A DNA stretch of 64,000 nucleotides from Phoronis australis (lineage: Eukaryota; Animalia; Phoronida), in assembly GCA_002633005.1 (NCBI GenBank), contig NMRA01000017.1, positions 926,807-990,806 on the forward strand. Reading direction: 5' to 3'. Below the pieces are notes generated by a model. That model worked only from the letters and a program-made list of their open reading frames with translations. It did not search any database and was not told the origin of the DNA. Shown here piece after piece: positions 26,301-40,000 of the stretch (its first letter is position 1; every line of letters starts with the position of its first letter). A program made the position numbers and the translations under genes.

Positions 26301-29300
26301 TGTACATGCCACATCCATTGTACATGCCCCACCCACTGTACCTGCCCCACCCTTTGTACATGCCACACCTAATGTACTTGCCACACCCACTTTACAAGCC
26401 ACACCCACTTTACAAGCCACACCCTCTGTACATGCCACATCCACTGTACACGTCAAAAATAATTAAACAAGTTGATCAATGGTTTCAAGTCATGATGACT
26501 GACAAAAAATTCTGTCGCGATGGTTGACTGCAAACAGAATTCACCGAAGCCAGTAGCCTTTATGGAAAAAGGAGTTGTTTTGTTCGATTATTGTTGGCAT
26601 GTATTTTGTGTCCATCGTAATCAATGACCTCGTCATTACCACCGTCACCAGTCATTGACATCACCAAGGTCATCAGTCATCGTCATCCTCTTCCAGAGAG
26701 TTCCCGTGGCCTGTGTTCCTACTGGTGTGAAACACCTGCATCACAAGGCCATGGAGTTTGATATTGGTGTCTACTTTGAGGCCAACGGTCACGGAACAGT
26801 GCTGTTTAGTGACAAGGCTATGGAAAAGATTGGAACAGCCTCTTCTGATGGCAGGTATGTAAAGGTAGAGGATGTTTTAAATTCACAAACACCATCATTT
26901 TACACAAACATTTATTTATCACTTGCTTAAAACGAACTTTTGAGTTAGAACTACATTTACCGCAGACTTGGAAGTGTTTTGTGGTTTTGTAAGGAACTGA
27001 CAATTCATTCTTTGAGGCCATGCTTGGCTCATAAAGTGACACACCAAAGGCCAGAACCTGGTATCATACTGTGTTGAACTGTCAGCTCTTCTGATGCACT
27101 GAAATCACTTTAAATTTGAGACCAATTTCATAAGCGTGCTAAATCAAATTTTTTGATTTTTGTAATCTCGGTTCACCAAAATTTTGATGTTGTAAATAAA
27201 AGTTGTAACAGGAACATATATTGGTCCCAGTCAAACTTGAAGAACCACTGTTTGCCAGGAATGTAGACTGCAAGATATTGTTGTTGACAGTTTACACTTG
27301 TCTGTCTTGTATAGAAATGCGCGTTTAGATTCTTTTGCTATGCCGACCGAGTTCAAAATTATTGATTTGTGAGGTAATAGATTTTTAGTATTTGTTTTCT
27401 TCTTCGAGTATTGTACACTTATTCTAGTAACCATGTTGAAATATGTAGTTTTAGAAATGGCAATATCTTTCACTTTATTGCTGAAGTATATAGTGAACAC
27501 GACAACCAGTAAACATTTCTTAAAGTCTAACTTCAGCGGAATTCTGTTACTTTAGATGTATTAGGCTAACCAGATAGTCCTAGCAAAGCCTTAGTAAAAT
27601 AAGAAAACGCGAGTTCAATCATGCAGGTGTAAGCCCGTCAAATGATAAGTGAAGCTGCCTTTTCGTGCCATGTTGCATCACCGCAAGATCCCAGCACAAG
27701 CAACAAAAGGTTGCATTGAATAGGGGACTGAACAGAACACCATTTCGTGCGGGGGTTATTCGCAGCTGATTGAATTTATCAATAGGGGATTCTCGCGGTG
27801 ATGTAGACAAAAGCAAGCCACTACGAATAACAGTTGGTTACACATTTTATGGCATTAGTGGGCTCAGTGCGATATGCTCTTAACATACTGTAGGAACCAA
27901 ATTTACAGGTGTTTCCGTTGAAGATATGCTTTTAAAATTACTGATTGATAACCTTTTACGACATAATATAGTGAAAAGTTTGTCTGATTTGTAATATTTT
28001 TTACATTTTAACAGTACAATGTTTTTCATCATCAAAATTATCATTTATTTGATATTGTTGGAACATACTTCAGGTCGTCTCCTTGCCTATTGAATATTTG
28101 CCTTTTGGCAATACTGTTTTCTTTAGCCACATACTATACAAGACAAAATCAATCTGACAAAATACCGTTTTCCTGTCACAAGGGTTAATTCTATTGTTAG
28201 CAAAAATGACTGGTAATAACTATTAAGTGACAGAATTCTAATACGCAATCGCTTAGCAACCTTACTGACTTTCTTGTTAATTCTCCTTCATTCTTGGTCA
28301 TCAGGGGAGACGACTCTGACGTTGAATTCAGCTTCCGCCCAGCTGTCCTAACGAGAAATTCAGGGTCATTTCGCCTGAATATTTATGTCCTGTACTGTAT
28401 GTACATCTTGAACTTCTGTTGCAGTGGAGAGAGCGCTGAGGCAGCCACTAGGTTACGCTTCCTGATAGACCTCATTAACCAAACAGTCGGGGATGCCATA
28501 TCAGACATGCTACTGGTGGAAACAATATTACATTCCAGAGGGTGGAGCATCGATGACTGGAACAGGTCTTACAAAGACCTCCCTAACAGGCAGCTCAAAG
28601 TGAAGGTGTCTATTGATGTCCTGTAAACAGCACCGGTCTACTGTCAAACTTTCAGTGCTAAGTGTCATTGTCAGTGCTCATGACTAATACAGCGTTCACA
28701 TGCCATCTGATTAGCAGCCAGATCAGATACAAGTTATCATAACGGGCACATTCCATTTTTGATGGATTTAAACTTGTGGCGTGGTCTGTTTTCTTCATTT
28801 ATCATTAAAACTTAAATCTGACGAACATTATTTGCGGTGTTTTAATTAGTATTTATTTACTAACTCTCAATTAAAATTTAAGAATGATCAAAATCGAGAT
28901 ATTAAATTGTAATTCTCAAACTTGGATTGAAGTTCACGGTAATTTAGAACGTGATTAAGGATATTGTCAATGAAATTTCAGAACAAAATTTCTCGGCTAA
29001 TTCTCTAATGTAACTATTGACTTTATTTCTTTCACAGTTTTGTCATAACTCACTCAAAAAATTTTCAACGTTTTGATAATTTAAGTACTTGCGTCTTGCC
29101 ACAGTTTAATGATTACGTTATGAATTTCAAATAAGTTTAGATAATAATAATGTCGTTTCTTCACTTTCAAGGTAAAGGACCGCACGGTGATCCAGACCAC
29201 TGATGCAGAGCGCCGCACAACACAGCCAGCCGGGCTACAGGCAGCCATTGACAAAACTGTCTCTAAATATACCAAAGGACGCTCTTTTGTAAGGTTGGTA

Positions 29301-30121
29301 ACAAAACATGGGTGAACGGACAAGTCAGAATATTATGCATGAAATTACTGTCAGTACTTTCTAGGAAACTGAGATCACTCGCCATAATATTTTGCAAAAT
29401 TAAAAGACGTTATAATTGTCCGATTCTCAATATCAAGCAGTTGCCTCTGACAGACCTGTTCCGTGGTCACTAATGATAAAACTACTATCCAACGTTCTCT
29501 TGTATTAAGCCGCTCTGCACAAGCTGTGTAGCGTAGATGTTAGATCAGAGCAGGATTTGTCTAAAGATGACAGCTGACGGGACTGAAATGTTTAAAAGCA
29601 ATGACAGATTGACTTTGCACTGTGGCTGTGTTCGAATAATTTGTTGTAACATTTCTTTGTCAAATTGTGGTGGCAACGAACCTTTTAGAAGTGATAGTCA
29701 TCTTGCTGGGTTAAAGTAATAGACTAATGCCATGCCTTAAAATGCCACACAATCGTGTTCAGTCACTTGACCGCCATTTTTCATTAAACTGTCATTTTTG
29801 CTTTGCAATCTATAAAAAGCTGACAGAACTGTAGACAATACCGAATTTGAACTGTCAACACACAGGGAACTGTCTCGGGGTTTTTTTATTTACCCTATAA
29901 CAACAGGGAAGTCAGCAATGATAAAAGAAATAATTTCCAAAGTTTGATGTGAAGTCTCATGACATCTGATCCTGTGGTGCTCTTGCAGGCCGTCAGGTAC
30001 AGAGGACGTGGTGAGAGTGTACGCCGAGGCTGATACGCAAGCACACGCTGATCAACTGGCCAACCAGGTGGCAGTATTGGTCTATGACATGGCTGGTGGC
30101 GTCGGTGATAGACCCACGTAA
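17297..30121 (+). CDS. PGM3: Phosphoacetylglucosamine mutase (PGM3/AGM1), 14 exons, 542 aa
   Basis: Exons 17297-17397, 18996-19066, 19854-19983, 21704-21799, 22312-22385, 23367-23494, 23999-24151, 24875-24917, 25384-25464, 25816-25973, 26697-26854, 28425-28605, 29172-29293, 29989-30121 (TAA); total 1629 nt, all GT-AG, phases consistent. Diagnostic motifs: [17 protein letters not shown] (catalytic Ser), FDGDADR (metal loop), [11 protein letters not shown] (sugar loop), [17 protein letters not shown] (phosphate loop). Confidence 0.98.
22690..23330. repeat. Degenerate 31-33-bp minisatellite interrupted by a family A MITE (about 22813-23066)
   Basis: AGACCCAATATCACC(T)TGTATCTGCCTTTGTT-like units on both sides of the MITE copy, inside PGM3 intron 5. 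Confidence 0.7.
26305..26448. repeat. 18-bp minisatellite x8 in a PGM3 intron
   Basis: CATGCCACACCCACTGTA-like units. It explains the spurious (MPHPLY)n and (GVACKV)n ORFs. Confidence 0.9.
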
Positions 30122-31091
30122 CCTACACTTGTGATATTGGATGCGGTTAGCAGTATCGGGATAATGTGAAATGTTACAGGAAGGGTAGATTTCGACTTGA
30201 CAATAACACAGGATAGGTAAACAAGAATGGGTTATGATAAAATGTGGATTCAGATCACGAGTTATGACATCAGAGCCTGCCGGGGTGTTCAAGTCAGCAA
30301 GGCTCTTTAAGTTGGATCAAAGTTAATTCCAAGTTTATTTCACACTTGGAAATTGTATTCCTACGCATCTTTAATTGTTTTACAAAACGGTTAGTAGTCC
30401 TAAGTGGCTGTCAACACCAATTACAGCAGGGTACTAAACAGGTGCTTGTCTTCCTGGGGTGACTTAATTAATTTTGGAATAAATTAATGATACTGGACAA
30501 ACAAGCAATTCAGGATTACCTAATATTGTATCGATTCTCGTTAACAATCGAATGCTATGAAAAGTTCTAGTAGCATAAGATGTTCATTCATTTGTATTGT
30601 TTGTGGCCTTAGAACAAAAATATTTATTGTCTGTGTCCCTGGAAAGTTGAAGTATGTCTGAGGGCCCCCATGGAAAGAAGTGTGAACTGATGGGGCTACC
30701 CTCATTGTAAATATTACATTAATAATAAATAATAATAATAGTATGTTGACTTTTTAAGCAGCAGGGTGGTAGCCAGCAGCATCAGTCAAGTATGACTAGT
30801 TAACAGTTGTCGCAATAACTTTCTTTCCCATTCATCATTGATGAATTGAATTAGCTGATGGTGCCGTCTATTGTGCCTTAATTCTAAAGGTGGGATGTGA
30901 ATTATTTTTTATTTTTCTTGGAATGAGAAAATAAAATGTATCGTGCATTTTGCTTCAAGTCGTTGCTTCTTAAAATTATTATATTCTAAATGCCTAATTA
31001 TCTTTCCTTGCAAATGATTCGACGACTTTCAGGCTCAGTTTCGTTCCAAAAATTATTCAAGTGTTACAGCAAATTGGCTAAACTGTCGTTT

Positions 31092-33597
31092 TTACATCAT
31101 CACAGGAGTCGTGTCATTACACTGGGACACATTAGTGTTAGTTACGTCATTACAGTCGGACACGTTGTTAATTGTGTCATTGCATTGGGACACATCACCA
31201 ATACCTCTGTTATCACAATGGGACACCCTGCCCTTGTATCGTTCATGCTGGAAAATTATAAAACTGCAAAGCATAAGTATTATCAGAAACATCAGTCCCA
31301 ATGCAATACCCAAACCATAAACGATGCTCCAGATGTTTGGACAACGGCAGTGATGAGCGCTCCTGCCATCAGGTGGGACTTTTGAAACTTTTGAATGGTT
31401 GGAAGCACCTGTCAATGAAAGATAGTGTTTTTAATGTGGTGATTTGCATTTTTTTTTTCATTTTCAAGAAAAGGTAAACGTGCCATGAATGACCTCAAAT
31501 ATCTTAATAACATCAGATTCTAAAACGTGTTGTTTTTTGACAGTCTTTTAAATGTATTGCAACTTTTTTGACTTTCCAAATACAGTAACTGTAAGTTGTA
31601 TGTTGGGATTTCTGTTAAGCCTACTACCAAGGACTGGATTCTATAATAAAACATTAAAACTACATTTTTTCAAAAACCGTTAACGATCACAGACTCTTAT
31701 AATGTGCATAAAACAATGCCCAGATGCCTGTAGTCACGTGGTTAAGTTTTTTTGTAAAGAATTTTAGTCTGAGAACTTGACAGTGTGAAATGTCAAGTTA
31801 CAGAAAAGGGGGAAATTTTTCAGGTGAAGTATCAGTCTACAAATAAAGAGGCACAGGTGATAGAAATTAGTTTGTGTTGTAAAACTTATTAACTGGAAGA
31901 ACAAAGAGAAGAAGTGATGAAACTGAAAATCGGTTAAAAGGAAATCAAAACATAAAAAGAGGAAATCTTTCTTAAAACAAGAAAATTACGAGTCCTGAAA
32001 AATGAAGACACCAGCATTTCTCAACTTCTTGAGTTTTGATTAGCCAAGCTGTTGGATTAAAAGGTCTTCTTAAAGAATATCCCACAAATACCTTTGTAGC
32101 ACACAGCAGTAAAGAAACAGAATTTGCAAGTTTTTTGCGAAAATGTGACATGGCAATATGCATAAAAAATCAAGATTTAAAAAAAGCAAACATGATTATG
32201 AACATCTGGTTATTGCTGTTGTGCACACTATAAGATACTGTGATCACCAAGGATTTCAAAAATATACAGTTTGATGTCCCCAATTTAACATATAAATTAC
32301 AATATTTTTTAAAGAAATTTGATCCTTGGTAACTAAGGTAGTCAGTTACCTAGTAACACAAGTCATTTACATAATTTGGAGTGTCAAGGAATCGGAGATG
32401 TGACCTGCTCACAGCTGGGGTGCATGTATGTATGGATACACAGGGGGCAATCAAAAAATTATCTTCTCAGGCGGGACCATAAACCCTTTTTTAAGGTGTG
32501 TTTAGTTAATACACAGACCAACTGGGACAGGTGTATATGAAGAGCAGGGTTCAGTAAAGAACTGCTTTCAGTGAGCAACAGGTAATTTACAACCATCCCA
32601 AAATTCTACACCAATATGCACACTAGTTACCCCCTTCAACCCCAAAATGAGTACAATCAATATAGTTGCCTTGAGAAAAATGACCTTTGGAATTTTGGCA
32701 AGTTTATGTTAAAATACACTGTTTACCTGTTGTCACATGAACCGCGACTTTTCTTCCAATAGCACCAAACCACGGTGCCATTGCAGTGCATTCATAATTG
32801 CCCGCCATGTTAAAATCAGCTCGATCAAAATTCAGGACTGCTCTATTGACTGTGACAGCAGCATTAACAGGAGGGAGAAACTCTTGATACGTCCAGTTGG
32901 GAAATATCCACGCCACATACGGAGCTGGGTCTCCAGTGGCTACACAGGTTAGTGAAAAGTGGTCACCATGAATGACTCGAAGCTCCTGAGTGAATGGCGT
33001 TATCTTTGGTCGTACGCACTGAAATGCAGCTATACTTGATGGTTGCACACGAGGCGTTGAACACATGAATGGTTCAGCAGTGTTTTTCAGCCATCCGATG
33101 ACGCAGTTGCAGTGCCAAGGGTTGTCACCAACGAGAAGAGTTGTATTCCATAATGTTACCCGCATTCTGCTGTCCAGTGTCTGAAACTTGTTGTTGCTGA
33201 TGTCCAAACGTTCAAGAGATATGCCTTCTAGCATTCCAGGAGGCAGGGAACTCAGTAGATTGTTACTTAGATCTAAGTGGGTCAGGTTCCAGAGACCGTA
33301 GAAAGCTCCGTATTCGACTGTATCCAGTTTACTGTTAGTGATGTACAAGGAGTTCACATGACTCAAATCATGTTGGTTGTTAGAGACAAATCCATGCGTC
33401 ACAAGAATGTTCTGATGAGACAGTTCGACAGCAAGTTGAGAAATGTCATCGCGAATTTCTGGTAGGCATTGCAAGTAATTAAGCTTGCACTTGAGTGTCC
33501 TGTTAATCTTTATGCAATCAGTAGAACAACTTAACCCAGTAGCATGACAATTGTTTTGCACCATCCAAAGTAACAGAAGACGAAAGATTATAGACAT
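31092..33597 (-). CDS. Type I membrane LRR-Ig protein (signal peptide, LRRNT-like cap, about 3-4 LRRs, LRRCT, one I-set Ig, TM, short cytoplasmic tail), about 395 aa
   Basis: Coding exon A 33597-32727 (MSIIFRLLLLW... signal; LTHLDLSNNLLSSLP, LERLDISNNKF; GDNPWHCNCVIGWL; SLTCVATGDPAPYVAW...AGNYECTA) ends at a GTAAAC donor in phase 1. Exon B 31408-31092 follows a TTGACAG acceptor in the matching phase and encodes IWSIVYGLGIALGLMFLIILMLCSFIIF (TM). An alternative ATG is at 33621, and a strong upstream acceptor at 33663-33662 suggests a further 5' exon. Confidence 0.9.
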
Positions 33598-34544
33598 CAC
33601 TTCGTCTTGTACCCGAGTCATACGTAACTTCAAACCATCTGAGAAGAGTCGAGTGCAGAACCTATTGAAATGAAGCAAAGTACGGAAGAAAAGACTTCCC
33701 TACCATGAAATGTTATTCACGTCATGTTCAAATCCCCAAACACACAATGCTTTTTCGGGACATTGTTTCAGTTGTAGTTGCTAACTACGAGCGGGTGACC
33801 CAGGGGGTAAGACTAAGATACGTGTATTTGAAGTAAAGTTGATAAATAAATCATATTGCCTTTTTGATTGCCAGTTGGATGGGAAATGGACCACAGAATT
33901 TAATTAGAAATTGCTGCGTTTCTATGGAGCAAATAACAATTTTAAACGTTCACAATAACAAAGTAATAAAGTTGTTTTGTTTACACAACTTTTAATAATA
34001 ATTATCTTACAATGAACTTTGTGAAAAATCAACATTTTGAGAACTGTATAACATAGTTGTGTTACGACATGTTCTTCAAACTATATAAATTAACACAATT
34101 ATGAAATAAATTAACATCAGGTTCTCAGCCAGTATGTACATTCCACACAGACAAGTAATACTCAACTCAATAACATTTAACAATATCAGAACAGTGTAAA
34201 CAGCATCATGTTGAAGATACCCGGTAGTATTAACATAATCCAGGTGACTTCAAAGTGTGCAAAATATTAGACAAACCAGACTCCTGTTAAGCTATCTGCA
34301 AACGCAGTGGATTTACAGCCGAAACTGAGAAGTAACAACAGCACTTAAGTATCTTGACAGTGAATAATTGTTTTAAGTATGGTTTACTACAAAAACATTT
34401 CCTACAACTCTTTTACTCTTTACTCAAAATGAAACTAAATCCTTGTTTGGGTGACTTCGCCAATCCTCGTCACCCGCTAATGTATCATTGGTGTACCAAA
34501 AAAGGAGAATTGAACAAAAAATTAGTACTCCTTGTGTCACAGGT

Positions 34545-34767
34545 TGGTTAAGGTTCTTGGCAGGTGGTCTTTACCCACAGTTACAGTGTAACTCGCCTAA
34601 AGCGTAGGTCATGCTTGTCCATTTAGCAGTTATGAAAGTTTTCAATTTTTTCCTCTAAACTTTTGAGGGTTGTTGAGGATGTCATTTTGTTCCAGACAAC
34701 TGGATGGGAAAGGTATTTTTATATTCTGTTAATAGCTAGGCCAAAACTGGGTTTGGTATCATTTTAA
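34545..34767. mobile_element. Partial copy of the TTAA-ended MITE at 3928-4283
   Basis: Aligns by eye to 4070-4283 (CCCACAGTT, GCGTAGGTCA.GCTTG, AAACTTT..AGGGTTGT, TCTGTTAATAG, AAAAC.GGGTTT.GTATC.TTTTAA). Confidence 0.7.
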
Positions 34768-37088
34768 GATACTACCAAAGGAAAGACTTGGATGGAAGTT
34801 AATGAATGTTTTGACAGTCAATCAGTATTTCAATTACTAAAAACATTTAGTTCAACTCAAAGTGTATCGACTACCCCATCAACAAAATTTTGGGAGGATG
34901 CATCAATGGGTTATATATCAGCCTATCACAGCTTAGAGATGAATCGGCATGTTGAAGGCAGTTTAAAGTTGCTTAAATAAAGGACACTGGAAAAACCAAA
35001 TCCTGCTTTAATAATGACCAATATTTTTGGGGAAGTCACCAATTTCCTACCATTCCTTCACAGAGCCCCAAGGATGGTCCGAATTTAAAATTTCTACCCA
35101 AAAATCTGCAAACCTGTCATGAAACAGCCATGGAACAGCAAAGAAAATTTAGTTGCCTTTGTTTTAGCCTACCGGCGACAAACACATTTCCGTGGTTTCT
35201 GACCAGCAAGTAATGCCAAAATCTGACCTTTGGTAACACAATAGTAGGTCTTATAACATTTGCAAAGTCATGTTTTTATAAACACAGCATTAAAACAATT
35301 GTTTAACTATCATAAGTTCACTAATTAACCAATTTGAAAGTTTGTTGGGTCTTGAGTTCCATGACAAGTAAATGAAAGTTGAAAACAAAAAATAGGCACA
35401 GAATGGAACAATGAAGTCGTTGATAATCTTCAAGAAAACAGCTGGTGTTAAGGGTGACAACTTGCTAATAACAATTCTATTTGTAAATGATGCTGACTAG
35501 AGGTCCATGAATATTGTAGCTAGTAAATGCATTCAAGCCCAACAGAACAAGATAAAGGTTATGTTGTATTCTAGAAAAAATGTCCAAATTTGGCAAACTT
35601 CAGAACGGAACTGCATCATATCTCAAAAATGGATTAAGATTCACGCGAGACTTTCACAATACTTTGCTTTGAAGAGTATTCTACAATACGATTTTAGGTA
35701 TTGTTTTTAAAATTTTCCACATCTGCATGAAAGTATATCAAAAATGGGACTTTCATGATTTTCATAAAACAAAGATAACTGTACCGTCATTTTTGAAATT
35801 TCATTTTGATCATTAAATGAAATTTAGTCACGTTTTGGTACATTATTTTGTTTTGCTATCAATGAACCTTTTCATTTTTCTAAATTTTACATCACGACCA
35901 AAGTCAAAAATGAAATTCTACAGGCTTTCAACTTTCAGAAATCATAAACTTTCACCGAATTAAAAATTATAGTTTGAAGATATTTGGCTAAGTTCTCAGA
36001 CTTGCTGATAATGTCCTAAGCTTAACAGCCCACCACACCAACTATTGAACATTAAGCATTACCGTACATTCAAGACAAGAAAACAACAAAATTTACTTGA
36101 AACTCAACTAAAAATGGATCTATAGCATGTAGCATTGCAAGTAAACAGTCACTTAAATTTCAAAATACAACTGGTCGTTATACAAGTCAAGTCCCAACCA
36201 GTTTAACATTCTTAAACCTGGAAGTAATCACGTAGCATCTGCATAATGCTTTCCAGTTGTCTTCAGGTATTTGCTTTCCTTTTCCTTTGTGTCAGACTAA
36301 GGCACCGGCTCGCAAACATTTTGCTCATTGTTTAAGAAAATTTAAGAAAATTATGGGACTCATTGTTATTTTTTAACATTTTCGCCATTAATTAAGGTGC
36401 AGAAACAAATTACTTGATACAATACCATGTGTTAAGTGTTGGTTTAATTCTATCCACACAATTCGACGAGATGAGCCAAAAGTTATTAATGAGATAATTT
36501 CAATCACACTGATGGTGTGAGTTTTCAGCACAATTCCCGCTGCACATAATCTCCGGTATGTAATAGTCGTGGGGCCCACAACAAGAAAACTGACTTAGCT
36601 AACTTAAAGACGAATCCTAAATTTCAGTCAATTTTAGGATAAAACTTAAAATTTGTCACAATTCCATTACAAGAAAGAGATCTTAAGTAATGTTTGATTT
36701 AATTTTTTCCTTACATTTTGCCTTAAATTTGACTAACCAACCGGATGTGGTAGTTTCAAAGTTTGGAGGTTGAGATAAATCTTAGATTTAAAGTGGAACT
36801 TGCGCACTAATTCTTTTTCTCTGTTATTGCTTGGTCAAATTAGTTATAAACGCAACATACAGCGACAATGTGAATATGAAATACCTTGAAAATTGCCAAC
36901 TGTTTATAAGTCTAGAATGAGTTTTACATTAGCATAGTTAGAAGCATGCAAATACATCTTTAAGCCAAAACTTAAGCCAGTTTCTTGGAAAGAGCCCATG
37001 ATCTTTGCAGATCCACAGCACTAAAGGTAGAACATAACATACTTTGAGCACCAATGAAACACAACAGATAAATCAAGAACTATCCGTT

Positions 37089-40000
37089 TCAAGAATTCTG
37101 TGACAGCAAAGTAGACACGTGAATTTTGCCGTCCATAGCACCGGTCAGACATATTTTAGTATCCACTGAGGGTGACCAGTCCACACTGACCACTGGTGTC
37201 TTGTGACCTCTCAACAGCATGGTCCTCTCAAGGGAGCCAACATTGGTCTGCAAACAAACAACAACTCTTAGATCTGTTTCAAACGGTTACTTGTGACTGC
37301 AGGGCTGTGACCCCCGGCTTCTTGCACTCATGGTAGTCTCAAATTAAAGGTCTTTGCGCCCTCTTAACAATTCAAAGCAACATGTATACCATTTACCACC
37401 AGTTCTGACATTGGGAGATTGGACAAATCCTTTAATTTGTTAAAGACCAAATACAACCTTTTCACCAAGCTTGTCACCCTAATGATGTTCAATGAAATGC
37501 AAAGTCCATTAATCAAAATTTCGTTTTGATGTAAAACGCAATGTATCAAATTATGTAACGGCACTGATGAAAAAGTTTACAATAAAGATTCCTCAAATTT
37601 GATAAGCAATAATGCCAAAATTGCCATTTTTGCAATTTTCAACATGTGCTCACTGGATTGGCAAAAATGGTCAAAATTTCATTCACTGTTTATGACGCCT
37701 GTACCATATAAAGTTTTCACATAAAGTAAAATTGTCATCATGTTTGCTCTTGTTGAAAATTTTGACAAAATAAAATTTAACTGTTCTGTCACTTTGCGGG
37801 TTCTAGCTTGAACAAACTTTACTGTAATTACATTATCCAAATTCCTCATTTTTGACTCCCAGAGTGCTTACCTTGTAAATAACGCCTCCTTGTGGTGAGC
37901 ATGTCAAGACATAGCTACCCTCAGCATCAAACGCAAAGACTTTACCCCTGGGTGTGTGCACCTGTTTATAGCCTCCATAACCCTGCGTGGTGAATGGACC
38001 CACAGCATTCTTGTGAAGTTGGAGGTCAGCCATCTTTGTACCCATACGGTGTACACTCCACTGGTGGAACTGTAGGGGAGGGAGTGTTGTGAGACATGAC
38101 AGCCAGGAAGAACCAGAATCAATATATAAGGAGACCCCAATAAGATTATTTGGTTCCACTATGCAGTCACTACTGAGGTGAAATTCAATTGCTGATCTAA
38201 CACACCTAGAATATTCCATTCTGGGAGGCTTATTTGTTACAGCCCTGGGAAAAAATGCCATCTCACTCACTAAATGCAACTGTTCCAAACGTTTTTTTAA
38301 TCAGTGACAAGATTTAATGCTACCTAGATAATCTTCTGATAGTTTTATAACTTTTAAAACAACTAATTCGTGAAAAATGAACACAAGATTGGACCTTTGA
38401 CCTTGCCCTGCAGTATCAAAATAGACAAGGGATCCTTCAGAATATGAGCAAACACAGTCAAGGAGGATATTAGGTAACTTATAAACAATGTGCGGACTTT
38501 GTATGCTTTAGTGGAGTTGCGTTCTTGATGTGTAAACTATTGTAATGTCAATTATATAGTGTACATTAAGTCCAAATGGTGATATTCTGGCACATACCTT
38601 GTTGTCCGTTCCCAGGCTGAACAGTGAATTCTCATCAAAACTGAACTGCACAGATAGCACCTCATCAGAATGTGCTTGCCAACTGGCAATACACTCATGA
38701 CGTTGAATATCTAAATAAGAACACGTCAGCAAAAACAGTCTTAGAAGTTGGTGAAAGTCCCAATACTAGTGTGATAATTCTCCACTTATTTAGAACACAA
38801 TATGGCCAAGAAGTCAACCTTTATTTTGCCAAATTTCTCCAGAAAATCAATGTTAAAAAAATCAGTCTATTGCTAGTAAGGTTTGTACTGTATAAACCAC
38901 ATAAAATATTAATTGTTGAAGTTTCCATTCTCTGCAGTAAGGTAATCAAAAAAACTGGAAAACGACTATTTTGGCAATGTTTGCATGTAAAAAAGTGAAG
39001 AATTTTCATATCACTGTTTACATGACTTGTATAAAACAATGGAACACAAAAGTCTGTACCCAACAATAGTACTTTTACTACATTTTACTCAAACCAGTGG
39101 ATAGAAAAAAACATGTATTTGATCAAGCCTGGAAAGGATACCAAAGACCATGTCAGGCAAAAGAAAAAGCCAAGTCTGCTCATAAAAAATTCTGAAAGAA
39201 GACATTTGCAAAAGTAAGAAACAATCATGTCACAGCAACTTAACACAACATTCATGACATTTCTTCATGGACATCACTTAGTATAATGTCAGCAGTTATA
39301 CTAATTGCTAACTAAGTCAAAAACTTTATACATTTTTCTGATTTTGAATAATTCCTAAGCTATTTGAAGTAGCGTTATGGTCTATTTTCTTGAATTTTCT
39401 TTCAAAGTCCGTCATTGAAATTGCCCCGACATAAACATATGTGATAAATTTTGCTAGAAATTATTGGGTTCGAAAGTGGGTCTGGGTTTACGGTAAAAAA
39501 TTCTAAAGTTTGGGACAATCTCTAAAATTTGGGACAATGAAATTCCAGCCGAAATTTTTTGATTTTCTCGATTCTGAAGATTGGGACACGGATAATTCTG
39601 ACATTCAGCCTTTTTTTCAAATATGGGACACTGTGTTTTGTATTGATCAGAATCGGAAAATAAACTTGGGAGTTCATAAAATCATCAAAAATAGCCGCTG
39701 ATACGACATGTGACATGGAGGTGAATGATCACTTGTCGTTGCCAGTAATTCTTGAAATTGGAACAGCCAATATTAGTGATTTCTAAAATTTGGTAGAAGC
39801 TCTGACTTTGAGAGAAATAATCAATTTTTCGCTGTCCCAAACTGGAGAATTTTTACCGTAATCAAGTTCATCAAACTTACCGAACATCCTTATGAAGCCA
39901 TCAGTTCCTCCAGCCACCAACAGGTGGCCATTATGATTGAATGACGTGCAGTTGATAGCGACACCAGAAGAAGTCAATGGAAGTTTGCGCTGAAGTAGAG

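Noticed and set aside
26193-26527. ORFs with (MPHPLY)n and (GVACKV)n repeats
   Set aside because: They are by-products of an 18-bp intronic minisatellite. PGM3 splices cleanly across it with no room for an extra exon.
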